Positions 38,179 to 51,954 of a stretch of DNA of 63,693 nt are shown here, one piece after another. The notes under the pieces are model-generated. The model saw nothing but the letters and a program-made list of their open reading frames with translations, had not been told where the DNA came from and did not search any database. Source of the DNA: Octopus bimaculoides (lineage: Eukaryota); NCBI RefSeq assembly GCF_001194135.2, contig NC_068994.1, positions 38,401,634 to 38,465,326 of the forward strand. Reading direction: 5' to 3'. Position 1 is the stretch's first letter, and each line of letters starts with the position of its first letter. The translations under genes and the position numbers were made by a program.

Positions 38179-39254
38179 TTCTGTGATCCTATAGAGTTGC
38201 TTGCAACAGAACACAGCAATGAGTTCTACAAGTTTTAATCATTACACATATCATGAAAACAGTCTTGTATTATAATCAACCAATACATAATCTACACCCA
38301 TTTGAAACTGAACCAATGAAGGATTTTTTTATGTGGCTGTTCAAACTGCTAGAAACAAGGGACAAATCATCCTCAAATCACGTCCTACCCTTTTTGGAAA
38401 TGGATTCATTGAGTAATGTAGTACTGACTTTTCACAGCATAGGAATCAGGCAAAATGACCATAGCTGGAAGGTTTGTTTGATGAGCAGTGACCTGGGTCT
38501 AAACAACGGCAACAAGACTAACATCTGAATTTCTTCCACAAATGAGTGAGTCCCAATTAGTCAATTTATCTGTTATTAATAGTTGACAAATTTTCTACAA
38601 ATATCAACCGGCCATTAAAAAAAGGAACACATTATGCAAAGTAGTCTTTGATATTACTAAAAAGATAGACGGCTGTGGCTGCAATGACTTTGATCATTGG
38701 GATCTTTTCAGACAGGTTGATCAAGGGTTAAACTACAAGTTCTATAATTGCAACAGGTAAATAACCTCACAACTACCGATGAGAAATCAGAATAGCCTCC
38801 CTTGATTATTAAAAATCTACTTTTTCTACCCTGACTTCAATTCCTGTATAGATGGAGTATTTTGAAGATAATATTCTACTGAATTTATACATAAAGGGGG
38901 GAAAAAAATTAATCAAGATATTCTATTGTATACCATTTCCTTTCAGTGCAATATTATCCAATTATTAACCGGTTTGTTGACTCATGTAACAATATATATA
39001 AAAAAGAATGATAATAAAAATATTGATGGTTTAAAGATGTTAAATATTTGAAAAAATAAAAAAACCTATTTAAAAAATTTCTTGCAGTGCTGGTATTTAT
39101 ATATACTATAGTATGTGACAATTTAATTGTCTATTAAAGTGAGAGAATAGTATTCAAGTCAATACATTGTATGTTATTCAGAAAGTTATTTTATCAACAT
39201 AAATAACAGAGATTACCAAATGACTAAAATATAGATAACAAAAACTTTCAATAA

Positions 39255-39518
39255 ATACTTACCAACAGTTGTCATTTATTTTTAAAGTTGTTACTGTACT
39301 TTTAAAAAGTTCTGGCATCGAAAAGTTGTAGTAGTAGCAGAAGTTTTGAGCAATTTGGTATGTAATAGTGCTATGTAGTTCTATCAAGTTGGTTGTGTAG
39401 TATGTAATGTGTGTTGTAGCCAATGACAAGCTGTCTATTATTCCAATGCAAGGAAACGGAAGTACAGCCTCCAGTTCTTGCAGTTAATAGTGGGCTGACT
39501 CACAGACTAGTTTACTTA
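39255..39518 (-). promoter_or_regulatory. Conserved promoter + non-coding exon 1, copy 5 (gene 5)
   Basis: Donor at 39263, CCAAT 39420-39424, ggaaacggaag, TGACTCA 39496-39502, gtttact. Confidence 0.8.
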
Positions 39519-41439
39519 AGCCCACACACTTACATATACATATGTATGTGTTACAGAATAAATAAGGTAGAATATTTAATGTCTAGAATACTGAGGGAAA
39601 GCAATAAACTTATGAAAATATGATTAGATATTTAGCTTTCCAAGATTTAAAAAAATATCCTTATATAATAAATTTGGTAAAAGTTAGAAAAGTTTCCAAC
39701 ATCAAAAGTTTAAAATTTTCAATAACCTTTGCATACCCACCATTATTTAGTAAAAATTTTGGCAAAATTTATTAAAAATACCTTTAATTGCTTTTCATTA
39801 TATTTAGCTCTTATCACTAATTTCAAAATACGAAATTATGGCTTTAAATTAGAGACTCACCAGTAATCAACATATGAAATGACTTTCTACACATAAAAGA
39901 ATTTAGATTTAGAAGCTTAAGATACTAATTTCCAAAACAATAAGACTATACATATTTGTATTATGTATATGTTGTCTGCTACTATATATATCTGTGTGTG
40001 TGTGTGTGTGTGTGTGTTATGTATCACACAAGCTAACTGGTCTAATAAAGAATATTTTCTGATTATTGGAGGGTTTTTATTTTTTTAACAATTATCAAAT
40101 GATCAACAACTGATTTAATTTTTGTTACATTTCGATAATTACTTTTTCCTTACACTACATTATAGACAATAAATTTTGCTTTGATTTATTATAAAACTAC
40201 TTACTAAATACGAAATAATAGCTTTAAATACGAGATTTGACTAAAATTAATTTGTGAAATATGATACTATGTTTTCAACTGAGTGTTGTAAAATGCTAAT
40301 TCAAAAACAATATAACTATACATAAATAGCAAAGCTATATATTTCTTTTGCATGTTGTCTAGAATATGAATATATGTAATTGAAATATTTTACCCTGAAA
40401 TCTAACAAAACTCAAGTTACTTTCCTAGGCCATTCAAGCAGGTAAACTGAATTTGAACAGAAAAATCAAAATAATCTATATAACCTACAAAATGTTTTAT
40501 CTGAACTTGAATGACAATATCAAAATACTTCTCAGATATTATGGTTGATTTAGAAATTGAAGTCAGTTAATGATGTCTAAAGCCATGCATGACATAACTT
40601 TATATAACTTATGTACACAGAATCTGTATTATGACACTAAAAAATATTTGATACTCTATTAAATAGAAAATTAAATTGTATATTTTAATTCTCTATTTCC
40701 TTCACATTCTAAAGATTAGGAAGAATTTCATTTATAACCAAGTAAGAAGAATTCTTTATGCTTCAATGCTTTAATGAAAACTAATCTAATATAAATCCTT
40801 AAATATTACTATCAAGATAATGTCTATAATCACATTTCTACAAATATACTCATACAAATTTTCTTCTTCAGGCTATTTGATGGGCTAGCATACTTTCTGA
40901 CTGAAAATCTCTGTGAATCTTTAATGACTAATTAAAAAATAGTCAGTGTATTCATTAAAGTCCATTTCTTATATTTTTGTGTGAATTTCTGATGTTATAG
41001 TGACTGCATTTCAGTCATTGCAGCCCCTGGCCTTCTTCAGGAGCCTAGCATATTCAATGTCATCTCCAGAATTTCAGGAATACATCAAATATGAAATATT
41101 CATGGAGTGGACAACAAAATGAAAAGAATCTAAGCCTATACTCCTTACTGAATATGACAGACATGTGAAGAATACTGGATGATACATTGTAACTATAACA
41201 ACCAAAAGAACACGAGATGAAATATATCAGTGTATTTCAAGTGTATGGGAAGGAGATTAACTACATTAACAATATAAGTGAATTATGTAGTTGTATGTAA
41301 TATACATTGATCACTAGCATGTCAATCCAAATAAAAAGAATCCTTGTATTATAAAATATGTTTAGAGGAATATTCTATTGATATTTGTATTATTTTCATT
41401 ATGTAAGTTGTGAAGACAACTTACAAGATGCTTATATTA

Positions 41440-41732
41440 TTACAGTGTTTCCATAGAGTTACTGTGTATATTTTTTACTATGGAAAATGAAGGTACCTGA
41501 GGTATTGAAGGTACTTTTGGTAGTGTTGTTGCTTTAGGTACAGCTAGTAGTGCTGGTTTACTGTTCAAAGTAAAGTTACTTGTCATTGGTACAGTAGATG
41601 GTTGTTCAATTATTTTAGATGTATTATCAAATATAGTCAACGGTATTTGGTTATCAGTGTTAATGTCACCATTAGGTTGATATCCATTATTATCTTCCTT
41701 TGAACTGCTGAGCGTGTGATAACAGTACAGAC
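41440..41732 (-). CDS. Protocadherin gene 6, terminal exon B (shortened in frame)
   Basis: ctttcAG acceptor; (G)LYCYHTLSSSKEDNNGYQPNGD...KPALLAVPKATTLPKVPSIPQVP...METL-stop. Confidence 0.75.
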
Positions 41733-42838
41733 CTGAAAGCAGATCGATTTTTAAAAAGTTATTAAAAACGAATTTGATAAAAATTACACTGAAGCTATTC
41801 TTTCTAAATTAGTTTTCCATTTATTAAAAAATTTACTTAATTCCTGTTAAAACTATGGGTGCATATCTTATGATACTTAGAACACTGACAGCCTTCAGTA
41901 TGCACAGGAATTAAATATCTAAAGACAAAGGATGGTTTCATAAATAAAATATCATATGGAAAATAAATTACTTGAGTTAATACTATTTACATATTTAGTA
42001 GACTAATTATGTAAACCTTTCGACTTTTTAGTGTCTAACTATTTCAAAATTTAACAGTCATGGTCAAAATGCTACTCATAAGGTACATGTAAAAATTAAC
42101 ACTTCCTTTCTCCAAACTTAGATTTGAAACTGAATCTGAGGATTCTCACTTGTCTGAGCCACTACTGACCAAATAGGCACGAAAGAAATTTTCTCGGTCC
42201 TGTCAAAAAAAAAAAAATGATCAATCATCTCCCTTTGACCTTCGACCTCAACCATGTCAGGCGAAGTGTAAATAGACAGGAGCTGACCTATTCAAGCACA
42301 ATTTCTCCTGCAGTATGTCTGTCCTTCTAGCTGCCACGATGGGTTATAAATACTGTGGTCAGCAAAGGAAAGGCAGAAGGGATCTTGGACTCAGATAGAA
42401 TGCACAAGATAGCCAACCAGTATTTTTTCAGATGAACAATACACACACTGACAAAGCATTCACTTTTTACCCTAGCATATCCCCAGATGAATACAGTCGA
42501 ATTCCTCGCTGACTCGTAGCAGTTTGTAACAAACTGATGTAGTGAACACTTATGCATAACACCAGCAATATGCAAGTCCTGTAAATAAATAATTTAAACT
42601 ATAAAAATATGTTATTCATTTGTTTACTTTGAAGGCATCCACATGCCTACCGCATCTGTTTATCTCAACACATTTTGATACACACCTTAACCACTACATA
42701 CATGTTGCCCAAAAAGTAACTATGTGTGACTCAAGAAAGCTTTAAACATTCTACCTGCTGGATTTTAAGAACTACAAAACTGATTTGAAATATCATATTT
42801 CTAAATCTCTCAGAGAGATTTAAGCAGTAGTGATGCGG

Positions 42839-43052
42839 TAAAGTTGTTGTATATTGTCAACTTAATGTGACAATCCCAATAAGGGAATATATGACTAGGC
42901 TGGGTGGAGGAGTTTGTCTCCCCCTCGCAAACATAAGGACACTAATTGTGTCAAGGCCGACAGGAAGCGGTCCAGTTTCCTAGGGCTAAACAGCAGTAGT
43001 ATATTCCCTTATTGGGATTGTCACATTAAGTTGACAATATACAACAACTTTA
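42839..43052. mobile_element. MITE with 53-bp perfect terminal inverted repeats
   Basis: 42839-42891 (taaagttgttgtatattgtcaacttaatgtgacaatcccaataagggaatata) is the exact reverse complement of 43000-43052. Confidence 0.85.
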
Positions 43053-43313
43053 CAAAACTGATGACAAAATAAAAGGATTTAATGAGATGAGATCAATGAG
43101 TATTCAGTGAGTTCAACTGTGACTGTATATATGTATTCTTACTTAATATATCTTTTAAAATGTGCGTATATTGTGGGTCTTGAACTTAAGAAAATATTGT
43201 GTGGCTCTTATGTAAAACAGCAAAAAAGAACTTAGCCATCACTAATATATACATAACATACAGATTCGAAGTGTATCATATGATTGAAGAGGTACTCAGT
43301 ATTTTTAACTAAC

Positions 43314-43464
43314 CTGGCAGTTCCTCATAGTGACCAGCACTACCAACAACCAAGCCATGCTGACTATCAGTATCAGTGGACATTGCTGATATCTCACTGA
43401 ATTGGTTAGTTCTGTTTAGCTCTTTGTAACCTGGAGATGGATCTTCTTCTCTTGGGAGAAACAC
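43314..43464 (-). CDS. Protocadherin gene 6, cytoplasmic exon A (151 bp)
   Basis: tttAG acceptor, CCAG|GTTAGT donor; VFLPREEDPSPGYKELNRTNQFSEISAMSTDTDSQHGLVVGSAGHYEELP. Confidence 0.83.
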
Positions 43465-43999
43465 CTAAAGTTTAAGACATTATAATGCAGAGAAAATTTG
43501 AAGAAAGAAAAAAAAAACAAATACACAATTCAAGAGTAAAAGCAAAACCTGCAGCTGACATATATTATTAAGTTCCATTAAAGTATTTTTAGCCAACAAA
43601 CATCAAATTAAACAAAATAATACATCACTGTATGTGATGTTTATAAAGTACAGATAGAAATAGGAAAAAAAAACCCCAAAAAGTCTGCAGATGATGGTAT
43701 TTAATAATTTTAAAATTTTGTAAGAATGTATTGATTTATATAAGATACATACATCAATGGAATAGTGAACAATAAAGTATAAAAAATTCAAAACCAATCA
43801 TTTTAATCTATACACAAAACAATGACTAATGTAATAAAATGATCAGGGCCTGTCAAATATCTTATCTCCAAGGAAGAGTTTATCTACAAAGTAATAATAT
43901 AGTCATTTTTATACTGACTCACATTTTAGAAAAATTGTGATATAGGACATGTCTTTTTTAAAAAAGTAATTCTAAAAATATAACTGAAAAAAATCTCAC

Positions 44000-46390
44000 C
44001 TGTTGATGTTTTACTGAAGCTGGTTCAACCTGTCTATCATATGGCATAGTCCAGCAGTGAATATTTTCTCTGTCTACCATTGGTTGTTGATATTTCTTCA
44101 CATTTCTTTCCAATGTGTATGAAATGCCAGGTGGAACACAAGCAGGATAAAACATATATCTTGATTGCATATTTAATGTGGGTATAACACCATGGTTCAT
44201 ATCAATACTATTATCATAGTTGCTATCGGTATGATTTAGTCTATGAAGTACGCAGAATGTTATAGAGATCACTATAACAACAGATACGATCACAGCTGCT
44301 ATAACAATAATAATCATCACATTCAATTGGAGACCATTACTTGATTCTGTTGTTGTCTTTGAAGGGGTCTTAAATATCTTTGATGTGTTGTTACTAACTG
44401 TTAGAGTCAAAGACAACATTGTTGTTGATGACAGAACTGGATTACCACTATCTTTCACACCTAGTTCCAGTTCATAGAATCCAGCATCATTTTGGTAAGG
44501 TGAGCGAGAGAAAGATAAGACACCAGAGTGATGGTTCATTTGAAATAAGTGTTTCTCATTACCTCTGAGTATTTCATATGTGAGGAAGGCATTGTGTTGA
44601 CTGTCTCTGTCAGAGGCCCTAACAACTGTGATATCATGATCAGTGTTGGGATGGTAGTGGACATTAAGACTGAAAGGGTCAACATTAGGGAAACTGAAAT
44701 AGGGAGCATTATCATTTAAATCCATAACCTCAACAACAACATTTGCTGTGTTCTCCAGTGATGGTGTTCCTTTATCTTTTACTAAAACCTTAAACTCATA
44801 CACTTTCTTTTCTTCTCTGTCTAGTGACTCAGTTGTGGAAATAAATCCCACATCAGATATCTGAAATGGTAGAGTTTCCTTTCCATTTGTCAATAGAGAA
44901 TAGGTTAATTGTCCTCCATCTCCAATATCTGGGTCTGTAGCATTGACATATCCAACAGGGAAGTCTTTGTGTTCATTTTCATAGGTGAGAAACTTAAATA
45001 TGTCCTGACTAAACTGAGGTTGTACGTCATTTATATCAGTAACCAGCATAGAAAACTCTTTCTCTAGTGTCAATGGAGGTGAGCCATTATCTTGACATTT
45101 AATGGTGAAATTAAAACTCTTTTCCCTCTCTCTATCTATTTCACTCTTGACAACAACTTTGTATTTCTTTACAGACTCTGAGATTAGCTGCAGGTATTTA
45201 TTTTGTAAATGACACTTCACTTGTCCATTTGCTCCACTGTCATTGTCAGTAACTTTGACAGAAGCAACAAAACTTTGAATTTGAGTTGCTTCTGAGATGA
45301 CAGTTGTGTTTCCAGTTGACTTTAAGACAAATATGACATCAATGTTTGGTGGATTGTTAATGTGACTGATTCCATTTATAAAAACTGTGACTGTTGATGA
45401 CATTGAAGGAGTACCATTATCTCTGGCATCAATAAATATCTCATAAATTTCACCAAAATTAAATTCTTTCTTCAAAAATAGCTCTCCTGTTGCCTCCTCT
45501 AATTTAAAGCTTTCTTTTATCCTTTCATGTGTTTTAGCAATATTAAAGACATAAGAAATTCTTCCATTTTCCCCTTTATCTAAGTCTGAAGCAGACACCC
45601 TAACAAGAGGCTTGTTTCTCTGGTATGTATCATTTACAGTGACATTATAATTATCCTGGGAGAAAACAGGGAGATTATCATTTTTATCTTTCACTAATAT
45701 TTTTATATCCAATACACCTTTGTTTGGTGGAGATCCTTCATCTGTGGCAATTAACTGAATATTGTACATGTCTTTTGTCTCACGATCTAAGGAACCTACT
45801 AAAATTAGATGCAATAAATCAGTTTCACCTGACTTAGAAACATTCAATTGAAAAGGAACATTTTCATTTTCCTTCAGTTGATAATTGAGTTTAGAATTCC
45901 GACAACTTATATCTTTATCAGTTGCATATGGAATTCTTTCTTTGATTCCTTTTGTCACACTTTCATCATATGACACTTGAAATTCCTTCTCTTGGAAAGT
46001 AGGATAATTATCATTGATATCATCTATTATAATTTTGAGTTCTAATATTTTGGTAAAAGAATGACCATGGTGAGCTGTTATTTCCAATATCCTGAAGCAT
46101 TCCACATTATATTGACAAAGAATTTCTGCATCCAATATGGCAGCTGTGTACAGTTTTCCTCCAGGTGTAACATTAAATAACTGAACACTTTCATCAGTGC
46201 TACCCTGGAGTATATTAAATGTCAGTTTGTTGCTATCATCCTGAGTCTGTTTATCATCCAGTAACTGTATATCAGTGACAATATCTCCAATATAGCTGTG
46301 TGTGTCATTGTTCTCTTTCACATGGTAGATATGATCCACACACCAGCAGCTGTCAGCCATTAACAACACCAACAGTATTACTGATAACAT
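44000..46390 (-). CDS. Pcdh: Protocadherin gene 6, complete large exon
   Basis: Gap-free ORF; acceptor at 46415, ATG at 46390 (another in-frame ATG at 46396), CAG|GTGAGA donor at 44000. Confidence 0.95.
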
Positions 46391-47519
46391 CTTCATTAGT
46401 ATAGGATTTGCCAATCTGAAATAAAATGTTAAATTGTATATAAATCATTCCCTGATAGAAAGTGAAATGTAAATATATATCTAGTGATTAGCAATTCAAG
46501 TTGCTTACTCATAACCATCTCAAAACATAATGTAAGTAATATCAAATAGCAATCAGGGATTTGGATATTAACTAATTTATTTGCCCAATAATGTGCCTCA
46601 AATTCTAGCTCAAACAAATAAAGAACTTGACTACTGTATTATATATTAGATGTCCATAAGTGTATCATTGCAACATTCATTCTCCTCTAGTATCATTTAT
46701 AATTCAGTAAAGAAGCTATAACTCAGAATAACCAATACTAATTTCAACGTCAGCAATTTTGAGGGGAGAAGTCAAGTCAGTTATATCATTCATACTCCTT
46801 GACTGGTACTTATTTTATTGACCCTGAAAGGATTAAAGGCATGGTCGATCTTGACAGAATTTGATCTCAAAACAAAATGAGTTGGAAGAAATACAGTGAA
46901 GCATTTTTTCTGTTTGATATTGCAAAAGAATAAGTTGCAAATTTAAGTGACTTGGGCATTCTTTTTCAACAGCTAAGATTATTAAAATGACTGATAGGCA
47001 TAGCAGAGATTAGTGAAATAATTCCACTGGCACTGCACCAACAGAATCTCTCTCTTGGAAATGCTATTATCATGGGAGAAAATCAGGGAGTGTTAGTGAG
47101 ATCAGCCGAGTCTGATTCCATTAGTTGAACTACTTCCTCTGAAGGTGTTAAAAGTGAGGTAATGTCCACTACTCTGAAGCATTGTTGAACAAAGGGAAAC
47201 ATTACATTCAAGTAGTTTGGCTAAAGGATCACTTTTGTATATGTACAAATGTTTTTAATAAGCACAGGAATGGGAGATATTAATCAAGAATTCAGAGAGA
47301 TGGTTACTGGGGTACACAATTTGAAAATATAAATGAATATCATCACTGATGAAAGTAGACACCAACTGTTATGGGAGAATCCTGAACAACACCATGTGAC
47401 TGAAGGTGAACTAACCAATTACACTAAACAAGAACTGAATGAACTGTCAAGGGATAGTTAGTGTTAGTTCAAACATGTTAGTTTGATGTGTTGGTTTAAC
47501 AATCGGTAGTTGAACAGTG

Positions 47520-47908
47520 TGGAGGTGCAATGGCCCAGTGGTTAGGGCAGTGGACTCGCAGTCATAGGATCGTGGTTTCGATTCCCAGACTGGGCGTTGT
47601 GAGTGTTTATTGAGTGAAAACACCTAAAGCTCCATGTGGCTCCGGCAGGGGATGGTGGCGAACCCTGCTGTACTCTTCCACCACAACTTTCTCTCACTCT
47701 TACTTCCTGTTTCTGTTGTGCCTGTAATTCAAAGGGTCAGCCTTGTCACACTGTGTCACGCTGAATATCCCCGAGAACTATGTCAAGGGTACACGTGTCT
47801 GTGGAGTGCTCAGCCACTTGCACGTTAATTTCACGAGCAGGCTGTTCTGTTGATCGAATCAACTGGAACCCTTGACGTCGTAAGCGACGGAGTGCCAACA
47901 ACAACAAA
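47520..47908 (+). mobile_element. tRNA-derived SINE (family 2)
   Basis: ggaggtgcaatggcccagtggttagggcag...ggtttcgattccc head and (CAA)n tail; highly similar to 60820-61201. Confidence 0.85.
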
Positions 47909-49341
47909 ACCCTTGAGAAAAAGTTCTTGTGAGCTAAGAGTATATCACTTTTAAACAATAGTTAACTGAATCATCTCTCTATCAATTTCTTCTGGTCTTG
48001 AAACATCTGGCTAACGGATATAAATTTAAGACAGTGTCATCAGAACTGTGTGAAGACACAAGACCTTGTTGTGTTGCACTCTCAATTGCATGATCTTGGT
48101 TTTGATTCCTGGTTTGGGTGGTGCATTGTGTACTCAAACAAATCACTTTGCTTCGCTTATCTCTAGTTCACTCAGCTGTAAATGAGGAACCTTCCAATGG
48201 ATTGGCATCCAGTTTCATGAGAACGTTGTGATCTTGGTCACTTATCTGCCATGGAAACTGGATAACTGGCCCCTTGAGGAACAGGACTTGAGACAGTACT
48301 TACTTATACCAGAACTATATTAGAATAGTCCAATAATGGATGTTTATATTTTTGGAATAATGTCAACAAGAATAACATTCAGACTATCTGAGAATAAAGC
48401 AGATTTAGAAGCAGCCGTTGAAAGAATGCCAACTGAGCAAACAGGATGTTTGTTAGCAATATGATTGTCACGAACAGGATATTACTCAAGAACCTCTTCG
48501 AAAACAAGGGAATGTGTAAAATAGGACCACTCCCAAAAGCCTACAAGGAATGGGCAATATAAGAGATCATCAATATCTTCAACACCCATAGTGACCCTAA
48601 TGACTAAAAGGATCTTCCTACCCCTATATAGGATCTTTTTTCATTTTCTTCCAACCATTTAAAGGTTTATTTTGCTGCAGTCCACTCAGCTGGTCAAAAT
48701 GAGTTGCGGCTGTAATTGAAAGGGATCAGCCTTGTTATATTCTATGTGAGACTGAATCTCCTTGAGAACTACGTTAACGGTATGTATGTCTGAATAGTAC
48801 TCAGCCAGTTGCAATTTAATTTTATCATTGATTTAACAATGTGTATATGTATCTATGTATCAACTTTTCTTTTGATCTNNNNNNNNNNNNNNNNNNNNNN
48901 NNNNNNNNNNNNNNNNNNNNNNNNNNNNNNNNNNNNNNNNNNNNNNNNNNNNNNNNNNNNNNNNNNNNNNNNNNNNNNNNNNNNNNNNNNNNNNNNNNNN
49001 NNNNNNNNNNNNNNNNNNNNNNNNNNNNNNNNNNNNNNNNNNNNNNNNNNNNNNNNNNNNNNNNNNNNNNNNNNNNNNNNNNNNNNNNNNNNNNNNNNNN
49101 NNNNNNNNNNNNNNNNNNNNNNNNNNNNNNNNNNNNNNNNNNNNNNNNNNNNNNNNNNNNNNNNNNNNNNNNNNNNNNNNNNNNNNNNNNNNNNNNNNNN
49201 NNNNNNNNNNNNNNNNNNNNNNNNNNNNNNNNNNNNNNNNNNNNNNNNNNNNNNNNNNNNNNNNNNNNNNNNNNNNNNNNNNNNNNNNNNNNNNNNNNNN
49301 NNNNNNNNNNNNNNNNNNNNNNNNNNNNNNNNNNNNNNNNN

Positions 49342-49342
49342 N

Positions 49343-49401
<59 letters not shown>
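49342..49401 (+). repeat. (GA)n(GT)n microsatellite next to an N gap
   Basis: Seen directly. Similar (GT)n(GA)n at 51693-51776 and (AT)n at 53149-53170, 54312-54342, 54663-54700 and 57853-57891. Confidence 0.9.
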
Positions 49402-49404
<3 letters not shown>

Positions 49405-49724
49405 AAGAGAGAGGTGGACACACAGAATAACTGTCAGAAAGATAGGTAGACAGGCAACTTTCTCTTTTACTATTATTCTCTATCCACTCTCTTCCTTCAC
49501 TCTGTCTCCCTAAATCTCTCTTTCCCCCTCCCTCCTCTTGTGTCCTTGCCTCTAACTGTTTAACCTGCCCCTCCTCTAACATCACACTTCCTATTACAGT
49601 TCAAGATGATGTTGAAGTAGTAAAAAAAAAAGTGCTCATAGTACATAGCTATTACATTATGTCACATGATGAAAATTTTATATATTCAGTACATACATGC
49701 ACACATTATGTATATGTGTGTGTG

Positions 49725-50880
49725 TGTAAGTTAAAGAAGAGGAAAACAGTTAATCAAGGCAGGATTATGACATTTAAATTCATTTAGTTTATTTTAGTCT
49801 AAGAGAGTTAATGTTAAAGCAATAAAGGTATAATTAGTAGATATTGTCTCTTACAGCTGTTTCTAGGATATCCCAGACACTGGATCACCATATTGATCTG
49901 AAATTTCATATACGGGTATTTTGTCATCAGAATAATATTAGAAACCTGAACAGGAAAACTTGTTGTAGAAAAATGTGTAGCATGGTAGAAAGTTCATGGT
50001 TTGTTATAGTTTATCATGTTCCAGAGAATAGCAGGGTTTATTCACACTCCTAGGTAAGTCTATTGTTCAAAATAAAGGCTGAATAATATATCCATTTGAG
50101 AAAAGGGAAAAAATAGTGCTAGTGGTTTGAAAGTCATTGTTCACATGGACTTTTAGACTGCTAGCACTATTTTTTTGCTTCTCTCAACTGGATACATTAC
50201 TTAACTTTTATTTTGAACAACGGACTTACCTAGGAATGTATTTAAGGAAGATCCCTTTCATATTGATTTGAATAAATGTCGCTGCCCTCCAGAACACAAA
50301 CTATAAAGAACCATGAACTTTCTACCATGCTACACAATTTTCTACAACAAATTTTCTTGCCCATATTTTCCTATTTATATTTCTCTGATGCTGGAATACC
50401 CAGTATATAGAACCTTAGATCAATATTGTGATCCAGTATATGGTATTCCAGGAACAGCTGTAAGAGACTATATTAACCCATTACCTACCAGTGATCTCAT
50501 ATGAGATCACTTAAAATTACAAATTTTGTAATTATCTGTCAATATTTACACATATCTAACCTTTTTGCTATATCTACTTGGTATATTTCTCTGATATTCA
50601 AATGAGGTTTGCTAATTTTTCACCCAATATCTCGCTTATTTCTATTGAAAATGTCATTTTGAAATGTTATTTTGATCATTCCAGCGTGTTTCTAAGGCTG
50701 TTTTATGCTAGAAATCAAAGTTTCATATAAAAATTCAATTTAATAGAATTATGGGAGGTAATGGGTTAATTCTACCTACATTGCCTTGGCATTAACTCTC
50801 TTAAACTAAAATAAACTAAATGATCTTAAATGCCATAGTCCTGCCTTGATTAATTGTTTTCCTCTTCTTTAACTTATACC
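49725..50880. repeat. Large degenerate inverted repeat (foldback) centred near 50140
   Basis: 49725-50137 is the reverse complement of 50150-50476 plus 50770-50880. Examples: cctaggtaagtc..gacttacctagg; cagctgtaagagac; aagagagttaatg/cattaactctctt. Confidence 0.85.
50477..50765. mobile_element. piggyBac-type MITE inserted in the right arm of the palindrome
   Basis: TTAA|cccattacctacca ... tgggaggtaatggg|TTAA; absent from the left arm. Confidence 0.7.
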
Positions 50881-51690
50881 TACTGACTCAAGGGTAAGCT
50901 ACTCGTTGACAGTTCTCTACCAACTGGGCTTTTTTGTGCTACCACATTATAATAGACCTGTGTGTGGTGGGGAAACATGAATAATTTGACCTTGGATACA
51001 TAATAGGGTCATCAGTTTATTTTTTTTATTAAAAATAATATTGCTTTATATCTATGATTTACTTTAAAAATACTTTAAAAAGGCTTTTCAGTGTCAGCTT
51101 CCAGTATTGACATAGTAATGGCAATATTTCCAGTTTTAATTTGCAAAATCTCTCCCTCTCAATTTTAATGTTTCTGTTCCAATTCACTATCTGTAAACAA
51201 CAATGATAAATTACTGAAAGAAATGTTTGCTAAGTTCACAAATTTAAATATTTGGCACAAGATAGTTTTTAATGTGCTTTTAGTTATACGATTTTTTCAT
51301 TTCATGTTTATTTCTTTCATTGTTTGTAATGTTCTCTCCCCACCCCCCCTCTCTCTCTCTCTCACACACACACATACTCCAAGTGTAATTTTGTTATTAC
51401 TCAAATATCACATTAAAATTTTGCAATTCAACATGGGGTATCCGAAAAAATATGGGCATTCTTTCACTTGAACTTCGTTAATTTCTGTAACAATTTTTTA
51501 TTTATTTACTTTTTGTACACCATGTTCAGCTCTATATATTTGTAGTCAGTCACGCATACACACGTATTTTCGTATGTACATTTGTATACATTTATTTATG
51601 TGTGTGTGTGAGAGAGAGAGTGAGTGAAGGGATGTGTTGTCATGTGTACATACATAAATACATATGCTTACATCTTTTTTGTATGAATGC

Positions 51691-51778
<88 letters not shown>

Positions 51779-51896
51779 TCTAAGTAGCACTCACTCACTC
51801 TCTCTCACACACACACACATGCATGCACATACATACAAAAAAGATGTATGTTTATTTATGTATGTACGTATACATGACAACACACCTCTTCACTCA

Positions 51897-51938
<42 letters not shown>

Positions 51939-51954
51939 TCCATTTCATCTGATG

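Noticed and set aside
47520-47595. Functional tRNA genes at SINE heads (also 37772, 52469, 60820)
   Set aside because: They continue into ~400 bp repeat bodies with simple-repeat tails, and one has a 13-bp TSD; these are SINEs.
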